Assembly: GCA_045604685.1 (NCBI GenBank)
Contig: JAZUON010000007.1
Span: forward strand, 10,197 to 74,196
DNA length: 64,000 bases
Source of the DNA: Acutalibacteraceae bacterium
GTDB taxonomy: Bacteria > Bacillota > Clostridia > Oscillospirales > Acutalibacteraceae
Direction: 5' to 3'
Made by a program: the position numbers and the translations under genes. The notes under the pieces are model-generated. The model was not told the DNA's origin. It saw only the letters and a program-made list of their open reading frames with translations, and searched no databases. Shown here piece after piece: positions 41,744-49,812 of this stretch (positions are counted from its first letter, which is position 1; the number at the start of each line of letters is the position of its first letter).

Positions 41744-44062
41744 TTATTTTCCTGCTCTCAGGTCAACGCGCCTGATTTTGCCGCTGATTGTTTTGGGAAG
41801 CTCATCCCTGAACTCAACGATTCTGGGATATTTATAGGGTGCAGTGCGCTCCTTGACGTATTTCTGAATTTCCTTTTTAAGAGCATCCGTTTTTTCTGTT
41901 CCCTTTGTAAGAACTATATCAGCCTTAACAACCTGACCTCTGATTTCATCGGGTGCAGCTGAAACGGCGCATTCAAGAACATAAGGGAGCTCCATGATAA
42001 CGCTTTCTATCTCGAAGGGTCCGATGCGGTAGCCCGATGACTTGATGAGATCATCAACTCTGCCCACATACCAGAAGAAACCGTCTTCATCTCTCCATGC
42101 GGTATCGCCGGTATGATAGATATTATCGTGCCATGCTTCGGTTGTTTTCTGCTCGTCGCGATAGTATTCCATGAACAGGCCGCAGGGTGAACCTGCATCT
42201 GTTCTGACAACGATTTCGCCAACCTCGCCCACCTTTGCGATTGTTCCCTCGGATGTGATAAGATCAACATCAAAAAGAGGACTGGGCTTACCCATTGAAC
42301 CGACCTTAATTGATGAACCTACAAAATTACCTATAGCAAGGGTTGTTTCCGTCTGGCCGAAACCTTCCATAAGTCTTATACCCGTTGCCTTGAGGAACTG
42401 CTGGAACACCTCGGGGTTGAGAGCCTCGCCTGCGGTTGTTGCATACTTGATTGACTTAAGGTCATATTTTGCAAGGTCTTCCTTAACAAAGAAACGATAC
42501 ATTGTGGGAGGTGCGCAGAAGGTTGTTATTTTATGCTTTCCGATGAGCTTAAGAATATCATCGGCAATGAAGCGGTCAAAGTCATAGGTGAAAACACCTG
42601 CCTCGCAAAGCCACTGACCGTAGAGCTTGCCCCAGAGAGCCTTGCCCCAGCCTGTATCTGAAATCGTAAAGTGCAGGCCGTTGGGGTCAACATTGTGCCA
42701 ATATTTGGCGGTGATGAAATGACCGAGGGGATATCTGTGGCTGTGCATTGCAATTTTGGGATAGCCCGTTGTTCCGCTTGTGAAGAACATAAGCATGGGG
42801 TCATAACCGAAAGCTCCTTCCTCAGGAGAGGGTCTTTCAAAAACATCGCTGAACTTGCAGTATTCTTCATCAAAGCTGTGCCAGCCATCACGGGTACCGT
42901 GAGCAACAATCTTTGTTTTGAGAACATCTGCTTTTTCTGCAGCAAGCTCAACCTGACGGGCAACATCACCGTCGGCAGTGCAGACAATTGCGCTTATCTG
43001 ACCCGCATTGAAGCGATATTCAAAATCATGCTCAACAAGCTGATTTGTTGCAGGAACAACAATTGCGCCTATCTTATGAAGTGCAAGGATTGAGAACCAG
43101 AACTGATAGTGGCGCTTAAGAACAAGCATTACTCTGTCGCCCTTTTTAATGCCGAGAGATTTGAAATAGTTGGCAGTCATTGCCGAATGGCGGCTCATAT
43201 CGCCAAAGGTAAATCTTCTCTCCGTGCCGTCATTTTCAACATGGAGCATCGCCGTTTTATCGGGACACTTTTTAGCAAGCTCATCAACAACGTCAAAAGC
43301 AAAGTTGAACTTGTCATCATTTTTAAAAGTTATTCCGTTAAGAACGCCGTTTTCATCAACAGTTGTTTCAATAAAATTGGCGTAAACGGGATTCTGAAGG
43401 TTAGCGAGGTCAACATTTGTTGCGCTGGGAGTTTTGATTTCCTCAACATATTCGCTCATTTCCGACGAGCCGTCCGGCGAAATAACGATTGCATAAAATT
43501 CGCATTCCTGACCGCCAACTGCAATTTCGTTATGAGGCACCGATGAATCGAAATATATACAGTCGCCTTCGTTGAGGGTTTCGGTTCTGTCACCGATAAT
43601 CATTTTAAGAGCACCTTTTGTGACAATGTTTATCTCCTGTCCTTCATGAGAAACACAGTGATAGGGAGGATTAAGAGCCTCCTCCGAATAAGGAATCACA
43701 ACCCTGAAGGGCTCTGCAATTTTGTTTTTAAAGAAAGGAGCAAGGCGGTTATATACAAAGCCTTCTCTTCTTGTTATTGGCATTCCTTCGCCTTTTCTTG
43801 TGAGAGTGTACTCTGTCAAGCTGGGGCTGCTGCCTTCCATAATATCGGTAATTTCAACATTGCAAACCTGCGCGAGTTTATAAATGAAGGTGAAGCTGAA
43901 ATCTCTGCTACCTGATTCATAGTAGCAATATTCTTCTTCGCTCATACCGATTTTTTTAGCCATTTCGCCCTGGGTAAGACCCATATCCAGACGAAGCGCA
44001 ATAATTCGCTGAGCAACCTCCATTATTTTGTTTTCGACTGAACCCTGACCAAAAGTTATCAT
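41744..44062 (-). CDS. fusion protein: XRE HTH plus cupin plus AMP-forming (medium-chain-type) acyl-CoA synthetase
   Basis: 772 aa. The HTH is LRLDMGLTQGEMAKKIGMSEEEYCYYESG, the cupin GDCIYFDSSVPH. Adenylate-forming motifs are FFTSGTTGYPK, YHTGD, GRVDDLIKSSGYRIGPFEIE and PKTISGKIRR. AAAGGAGAG RBS. Confidence 0.85.
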   Translation of the reverse strand: MITFGQGSVENKIMEVAQRIIALRLDMGLTQGEMAKKIGMSEEEYCYYESGSRDFSFTFIYKLAQVCNVEITDIMEGSSPSLTEYTLTRKGEGMPITRREGFVYNRLAPFFKNKIAEPFRVVIPYSEEALNPPYHCVSHEGQEINIVTKGALKMIIGDRTETLNEGDCIYFDSSVPHNEIAVGGQECEFYAIVISPDGSSEMSEYVEEIKTPSATNVDLANLQNPVYANFIETTVDENGVLNGITFKNDDKFNFAFDVVDELAKKCPDKTAMLHVENDGTERRFTFGDMSRHSAMTANYFKSLGIKKGDRVMLVLKRHYQFWFSILALHKIGAIVVPATNQLVEHDFEYRFNAGQISAIVCTADGDVARQVELAAEKADVLKTKIVAHGTRDGWHSFDEEYCKFSDVFERPSPEEGAFGYDPMLMFFTSGTTGYPKIAMHSHRYPLGHFITAKYWHNVDPNGLHFTISDTGWGKALWGKLYGQWLCEAGVFTYDFDRFIADDILKLIGKHKITTFCAPPTMYRFFVKEDLAKYDLKSIKYATTAGEALNPEVFQQFLKATGIRLMEGFGQTETTLAIGNFVGSSIKVGSMGKPSPLFDVDLITSEGTIAKVGEVGEIVVRTDAGSPCGLFMEYYRDEQKTTEAWHDNIYHTGDTAWRDEDGFFWYVGRVDDLIKSSGYRIGPFEIESVIMELPYVLECAVSAAPDEIRGQVVKADIVLTKGTEKTDALKKEIQKYVKERTAPYKYPRIVEFRDELPKTISGKIRRVDLRAGK

Positions 44063-44092
44063 CTTTTTCTCTCCTTTCGCTCTGAGGAAAAT

Positions 44093-44365
44093 AAAAAACG
44101 CCCCAAAGCAATCATTTTGCTTTGAGACGAGTAAAATCTAACCCGCGGTACCACTCAAATTGCGCTTTTGCGCCACTCATCGGACTCCAACAAGCCCTAC
44201 GCCTTAACGCGGCATTAACGGAAGCTGTCTACTCACCCACAAGGAATTTTCGGAGCTTCGGCTCGGAAGGGATAGCTTTGAAATGCTCTGCTGACGGCTC
44301 GCACCAAACGCCGCCTCTCTGAAAACTTTGCAAATCAGCCTTCTTCGTCATTGCTTTTATGTCAG
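44093..44365 (-). promoter_or_regulatory. T-box leader upstream of the HTH-cupin-acyl-CoA synthetase gene
   Basis: On the minus strand: AGAGAG, the distal-loop GGTGCGAG, and T-box motif GAGTGGTACCGCGGG (44144-44156). A 13-bp terminator stem (44099-44129) is followed by TTTTTT (44093-44098). Specifier candidates are AUC (44271-44273) or GCU (44274-44276). Confidence 0.8.
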
Positions 44366-44367
44366 TA

Positions 44368-44396
44368 ATAATAACACCGAAAAAACAATTTGTCAA
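44368..44396 (-). promoter_or_regulatory. sigma-A promoter of the T-box leader
   Basis: On the minus strand: TTGACA (44391-44396), a 17-nt spacer, then TATTAT (44368-44373). Confidence 0.7.
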
Positions 44397-44422
44397 CACT
44401 TTTTTTCAGAGCATAAAAATTT

Positions 44423-44450
44423 CCCTGCGCCACTTTTACGCGGCGCAGGG
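44423..44450 (-). terminator. intrinsic terminator after CotH paralog 1
   Basis: CCCTGCGCC-N10-GGCGCAGGG with a T-tract on the minus strand. Confidence 0.7.
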
Positions 44451-44457
44451 AGATAAA

Positions 44458-46257
44458 TCAGATTTTGTTTTCCAAGCCTAAAATTACAACTGCTTTTTCA
44501 ACAATATTGCCTGCAAGAATGGTCATTTTGTCAACAAGAGACTCAAAGAAGCTCTTTTCTTCTGCATCATATGTTGCAACAGTTCCGATATTTGCGCTGA
44601 TAAAGGCTGTTTTTTCATCCACGAAATCTGCAACCTTTTTAACATCATTTGCATATGCAGCCTTAATTTCAGCAACATCCGTTGTGCCGTAAACATTCCA
44701 GCGGATTGCATTTGCAACAGCTGAATCCTCTATTGCTGCCACATAATCCGTTGTTATATATTCAGCAGCAGAGCTGAATGCATTTTTCAGAACCAAATCC
44801 CACTTCTCCTTGCAAAGATTAATGAAATCCTGATTTTTAGCAAGAAGATTATAGAATGTGGGGATATGAGTTAACTCGCCGGCTCCGAAAATCGTGTTGT
44901 TACGAAGAGTGCTGCGATAAACAGTCCACTGAGAGGGCTTGTTATAATTCAAACCGAATCTGACCACATCGCAGTTACCCAGAGCTTTATCAAAATCCCA
45001 AACGGGGCCTGCATAAAGAGTGTCGTCAACGGGTTTGTAGAGATATGTGCTGGTAAGGCCTGCATCATGATTTGCCACCCACTCATTGAAAACATAGGAA
45101 TCAACAAGAGAATTAATATTGCAGTATTCACCGATTGCATCAATGCTCTGATTGCCGTGAACAGCATTTTCAAAAAGCTGATAATAGCTTGCAATGTAAA
45201 TCACCTCATTTTCAGAGGCATATTCGGGGGATTTGAGGATAACCGCCTGACTGTTTTCCGTTACAAAGCCGCTGACCTCATCATCATATCTGCCGGGAAG
45301 CTCCAATTCGATAATGTAGCCGCCTGTGATATCCTTGGGGTCATTGGGAATTTCAACCCATTTTCTTGTGCCCTCAAGGTAGCCTGACAAGCTGCCGTAA
45401 ACACCGCCTCTGGGCAATGCCTCAATATCAACATCGGGATTTGCATCTTCATTAAGGTCTTCAAGATTATCAATGTTGACTCTTGTTTTATCAACCTCAA
45501 CCCTCGTTGTGAGAAGATAGGCGCCCATATATTCACCGTTTATGTAAACATCAACGGGCTCATACTTGGGGGTATAAGCTATTCCCGCATTCTCTGCCGC
45601 GGTGAAAGCAAGGCTGTTTCTGATAAGCGATGCATCCGAATAATTGGCAAGGAGGCTCCATTTTTTGCTCTTGCCCATGCCGAAAAGATTTACTTTATCC
45701 TCCAACTTGATGTTATAGGGCTTTTTATCAAGGCCCCAGGTTGAGTTGCCTCTGCCTTTGATGTAATCAAGCTCGCCGTCGCATTCAACGCTGCCGTCTG
45801 CGCCGATGATTGTGATTTCACCTTTTTCCTTGTGCTCCTTATCTGCATGCACACTGTCAAGCGAACCGCTTTCGGTTTCGATAAACACTGTTGATACATC
45901 TGATATAGCTATAATCTTTATCTTATAGCTTGCGCTGCCGCTTGTGAGTGTTACTTCGGTTTTATCTGCAAGGAATGCAGCGGATGAGCCATCTTCAATC
46001 TTAACACCGTCCGCATAAACATCGCCGCTTGCTGAAAAATTAACCTTTGCCTCGTCAAAGTTAATTGACTGAGGCACAAAAAGATACATTGCATCATCTG
46101 CAGCATACCATTCAATGCAAAGCTGAGCGCCGTGTTCTTTTTCTTCAATAATTCCTACCGAAAACTCGGATATTGCATCATCTGCGGCAAATCCCGCAAG
46201 GCATCCGAATGAGCAGGAAATAATAATTGCCATAAGTACAGAAATAACTCTTTTCAC
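44458..46257 (-). CDS. secreted CotH-family (atypical kinase fold) protein, paralog 1
   Basis: 599 aa with a signal peptide. IKGRGNSTWGLDKKPYNIKL...GMGKSKKWSLLANYSDASLIRN...YEPVDVYINGEYMGAYLL is a CotH signature. It has the C-terminal amphipathic tail. Confidence 0.8.
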   Translation of the reverse strand: MKRVISVLMAIIISCSFGCLAGFAADDAISEFSVGIIEEKEHGAQLCIEWYAADDAMYLFVPQSINFDEAKVNFSASGDVYADGVKIEDGSSAAFLADKTEVTLTSGSASYKIKIIAISDVSTVFIETESGSLDSVHADKEHKEKGEITIIGADGSVECDGELDYIKGRGNSTWGLDKKPYNIKLEDKVNLFGMGKSKKWSLLANYSDASLIRNSLAFTAAENAGIAYTPKYEPVDVYINGEYMGAYLLTTRVEVDKTRVNIDNLEDLNEDANPDVDIEALPRGGVYGSLSGYLEGTRKWVEIPNDPKDITGGYIIELELPGRYDDEVSGFVTENSQAVILKSPEYASENEVIYIASYYQLFENAVHGNQSIDAIGEYCNINSLVDSYVFNEWVANHDAGLTSTYLYKPVDDTLYAGPVWDFDKALGNCDVVRFGLNYNKPSQWTVYRSTLRNNTIFGAGELTHIPTFYNLLAKNQDFINLCKEKWDLVLKNAFSSAAEYITTDYVAAIEDSAVANAIRWNVYGTTDVAEIKAAYANDVKKVADFVDEKTAFISANIGTVATYDAEEKSFFESLVDKMTILAGNIVEKAVVILGLENKI

Positions 46258-46318
46258 AAAAGCACTCCTTTCAACTCATTTCAAAATCCGCGCACCAAAA
46301 AGCGAAGAGATATGAATT

Positions 46319-48109
46319 TCAGATTTTGTTTACAAGATCAAATATAACAATAGCCTTTTCAAAAATGTTGTTAACACCAACAAGGAAGCCCTTGAAGAAC
46401 TTAACAACGGGGTTGGTCTGAGGAGCATTATCCTGCACCTCGTCTACACCTGCGCTGATTGTTGCAGCCTTTGTTTTTGCAAAGTTGATTACTTCCTTAA
46501 CCTCATCTGCATATGCAGCCTTGATATCGTCTATATCATCTGTGCCGAAAATGTTCCAGCGGATTGCATTCGCAACAGCGGAGCCCTCAACAAAGGGAGC
46601 ATAGATGCTTTCAACCCAAGCCGTTGTTGTGTTAAGTGCGGTGCTCATACCGCCGTTCCATTCAGCTTCAAGAACGTCAACAAAGCCCTCGTTCTTTGTG
46701 ATTATGTTGAACACATTGGGCTGCTCGTCAATATCCCACTTGCCGAAAATTGTGTTTCTGTACATTCTGTTGTAGCAAACAGTCCATTTCGTGGGGTCGT
46801 TATAATTATTTCCAAAGCGTTCGCCGTCGTTATTGCCGAAAGCAATGTCAAAATCCCATACAGGGCCTGCATAGAGGGTTTCGTGTACGCCCTTGGGCTT
46901 GTAGAAATATGTGCTTGTAAGGCCGCCGTCCATATTGGATGCCCACTCATTAATGAGATAAAGACGTGCAAGAGACTGAACATTGCAATATTTGCCGATT
47001 TCCGCCATATCGGACTCAGCATAAACAGCATCCTCAAACAACTGATAAAGGCTACTGATATAGCTGATCTGTGCCTCTGAGACAAATTCGGGAGTTTTCA
47101 TTGTAAAAGGCTGGTTACGGGTTGTAACAAAGCCGCATGCCTCGTCAGCATATCTGTTGGCAAGCTCCATTTCGATGATGTAGCCACCTGTGATATCTTC
47201 GGGGTCATTGGGAATATCATACCATTTCTTTGTGCCTGCAAGAAGGCCTGCATATGTGCCGTAATAACCCGCCTTGGGGTAGGTATCAAGGTCTGCCTCG
47301 TTTGCATCCTCTGTTGCGCCCTCAAGGTCCTCAATATCAACACTTGTGCCGTCAATACCCACTCTTGTTGTAAGAAGGTATGAACCCATATATTCGCTGT
47401 TAATGTAAACATCAACGGGCTCAAACTGAGGTGAATAAGGCATACCGGCCGCTTTTGCTGCTTCGTATGCAAGAACGTTTCTGATAAGGGACTCATCGCC
47501 GTGGTTTGCAATAAGGCTCCATTTTTTGCTCTTGCCCATACCGAAAAGGTTGGTTTTCTTATCCAGCTTGATGTTATAGGGTTTCTTTTCCATCTGCCAT
47601 GTTGAGTTGCCTCTGCCCTTGATTTCAAGCTCACCGTCATAAACAACTTCGCCGTCACGGTCAACAATTTCAATCATACCGTTTTCTTCGTTACCCTTAA
47701 CGGCATGGATATAATCAAGAGAACCTGACTCGGTTTCAATAAATACAGAAGCAACCTCTGAACCCTTGATGATAAAAACATCGTATGTCCAGCCGTCAAA
47801 TTCAACCGTAATCTCTGTTTTATTGCCAAAAACCTCTGCAAGAGTTTTGGGCTCGGTATAATCTACGCCGTCAACGGTGTAGTCGCCGGGAACATAAAAC
47901 TTTGCGGTATCATAATCAATTGATGCGGGAATAAAGAAATAACATTTGCCGTTTACCTCATACCAGTTGATTGCTCTGTCATAGCCGTTCTCTTCATCAT
48001 AATGATTTGCAATATAACCGGTAACGTGATGACCATCAGCATAACCTATCATTGCAAATGCCGAAAATGCCATAACCGCAGCAAGAATGAATGCTAAAAT
48101 TTTTTTCAT
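46319..48109 (-). CDS. secreted CotH-family protein, paralog 2
   Basis: 596 aa, roughly 55-60 percent identical by eye to paralog 1 over the CotH core. It has a signal peptide and the same C-terminal ...IFEKAIVIFDLVNKI-type tail. Confidence 0.8.
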   Translation of the reverse strand: MKKILAFILAAVMAFSAFAMIGYADGHHVTGYIANHYDEENGYDRAINWYEVNGKCYFFIPASIDYDTAKFYVPGDYTVDGVDYTEPKTLAEVFGNKTEITVEFDGWTYDVFIIKGSEVASVFIETESGSLDYIHAVKGNEENGMIEIVDRDGEVVYDGELEIKGRGNSTWQMEKKPYNIKLDKKTNLFGMGKSKKWSLIANHGDESLIRNVLAYEAAKAAGMPYSPQFEPVDVYINSEYMGSYLLTTRVGIDGTSVDIEDLEGATEDANEADLDTYPKAGYYGTYAGLLAGTKKWYDIPNDPEDITGGYIIEMELANRYADEACGFVTTRNQPFTMKTPEFVSEAQISYISSLYQLFEDAVYAESDMAEIGKYCNVQSLARLYLINEWASNMDGGLTSTYFYKPKGVHETLYAGPVWDFDIAFGNNDGERFGNNYNDPTKWTVCYNRMYRNTIFGKWDIDEQPNVFNIITKNEGFVDVLEAEWNGGMSTALNTTTAWVESIYAPFVEGSAVANAIRWNIFGTDDIDDIKAAYADEVKEVINFAKTKAATISAGVDEVQDNAPQTNPVVKFFKGFLVGVNNIFEKAIVIFDLVNKI

Positions 48110-48168
48110 TTTGTTGCCTCCTTAATTTTATAATTCAATTTTACAACAAACAAAAGCGAAAGTAAACA

Positions 48169-49806
48169 TTAATCTTCAACTTTTTCAGCCAGCTTGTTTC
48201 TGATGAGCTGCTGCCTTGCTGATGCCTGCTCCTTGTTCTCGCCCTTTACGGAGAAATAGAGCTTCAGCTTAGGTTCTGTTCCTGAAGGTCTTGCCGCAGC
48301 CCATGAGCCGTCCTTGAAATTGAAGAGAAGAACATTTTCCTTGGGAAGGCCGTCAACACCCTGAGAATAGTCAATGAGCTTATCAAGGTCATCAAAGAGA
48401 CTTTCGCCTTCCGCACGGAGTGCCTTCATTGCAGCCTGAATCTTTTCTGCGCCTTCCTTCCCCTTAAGAACAAAGGTTTCAAGGCAATCAAAATAATAGC
48501 CGTACTCCGCATAAATCTCATCAAGAGCGTCTACAAGAGTTTTGCCGTTATTCTTATAGTATGATGCCATTTCCGCAATAAGCATTGAGGCCGAAACCGC
48601 ATCCTTATCTCTTGCATGAGTGCCTGCAAGATAGCCGTAGCTTTCTTCATAGCCGAAAAGGAAGCTGTATTCGCCGCTCTTTTCCCACTGACAGATTTTT
48701 TCACCGATATACTTAAAGCCCGTAAGAGTCTGTACGGTTGTTGCGCCGTGCTTTTCTGCAATGGCTGCGCCGATACCGCTTGTTACAACGGTCTTGACAA
48801 CCGCCGCATTTGCAGGCATTGCAGCCTTCTTGAACTTAAGAATAAAATCAACAAGAAGTGCACCTGTCTGGTTACCCGTAAGGAGAACATAACTGCCGTT
48901 ATGGCGAACACCCACGCCTACTCTGTCGCAGTCGGGGTCGGTGCCGATAACAATATCCGCACCTTCTTTTTCTGCCTGCTCAAGTGCAAGATTGAGAGCA
49001 TCCTTTTCTTCGGGGTTGGGTGAACGAACGGTTGAGAAGTTACCATCGGGAAGCTCCTGCGATGCAACTATCGAAACATTCTTGCCCTCAAGAATTCTGC
49101 GAACGGGAATATTACCCGTGCCGTGAAGAGGAGTATAAACTATTTTAAGCTCCGAAGGCTCATCATAAATGCTCTGCATTTTAACCTCTGCAAGGAACGC
49201 TGCAAGAGTTTCATCGCCCACATAAACAAGGCTTCCGTTCTTCTCAGCCTCGGCAAGGTCAGCGCAGGGAATATCCTTGATATCGGTAACTGCATTTACA
49301 TAAGCAATAACCTTATCTGCAAATTCAGGCACAAGCTGGCAGCCGTCACTGTCATAAACCTTGTAGCCGTTGTATTCCTTGGGGTTGTGGCTGGCGGTGA
49401 TAACGATGCCTGCGGTGCACTTGTGATATCTCACAGCAAAGGAAAGCACGGGAGTTGGCATAAGAGTATCAAAAAGGAAAACCTTAATACCTGCCTCGCA
49501 AAGCACACCTGCCGAAACCTCTGCAAAATACTTTGAATTGTTTCTTGAGTCATAAGCGATTGCAACGGACTTTTCGCCCTCAAAACAGGCATTGAGATAA
49601 TCTGCAAGACCCTTTGTTGCCTTTGAAACGGTGTATCTGTTCATTCTGTTGGGACCTGCACCCATAATTCCGCGCAGACCGCCCGTGCCGAATTCAAGCT
49701 CTTTGTAAAATCTGTCCTCAAGCTCGGCTTTATCGGTTATTGCCTCAAGCTCCGCCTTAGTTGCCTCATCAAAGGTAAGCCAATATTCATAGTTGTTCAT
49801 TTCCAT
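48169..49806 (-). CDS. pgcA: phosphoglucomutase / alpha-D-phosphohexomutase (PgcA-like)
   Basis: 545 aa. FYKELEFGTGGLRG, the active-site TASHNPKEYNGYKVY and GTDPDCDR together align well with B. subtilis PgcA. Confidence 0.85.
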   Translation of the reverse strand: MEMNNYEYWLTFDEATKAELEAITDKAELEDRFYKELEFGTGGLRGIMGAGPNRMNRYTVSKATKGLADYLNACFEGEKSVAIAYDSRNNSKYFAEVSAGVLCEAGIKVFLFDTLMPTPVLSFAVRYHKCTAGIVITASHNPKEYNGYKVYDSDGCQLVPEFADKVIAYVNAVTDIKDIPCADLAEAEKNGSLVYVGDETLAAFLAEVKMQSIYDEPSELKIVYTPLHGTGNIPVRRILEGKNVSIVASQELPDGNFSTVRSPNPEEKDALNLALEQAEKEGADIVIGTDPDCDRVGVGVRHNGSYVLLTGNQTGALLVDFILKFKKAAMPANAAVVKTVVTSGIGAAIAEKHGATTVQTLTGFKYIGEKICQWEKSGEYSFLFGYEESYGYLAGTHARDKDAVSASMLIAEMASYYKNNGKTLVDALDEIYAEYGYYFDCLETFVLKGKEGAEKIQAAMKALRAEGESLFDDLDKLIDYSQGVDGLPKENVLLFNFKDGSWAAARPSGTEPKLKLYFSVKGENKEQASARQQLIRNKLAEKVED

Positions 49807-49812
49807 CGCTCC

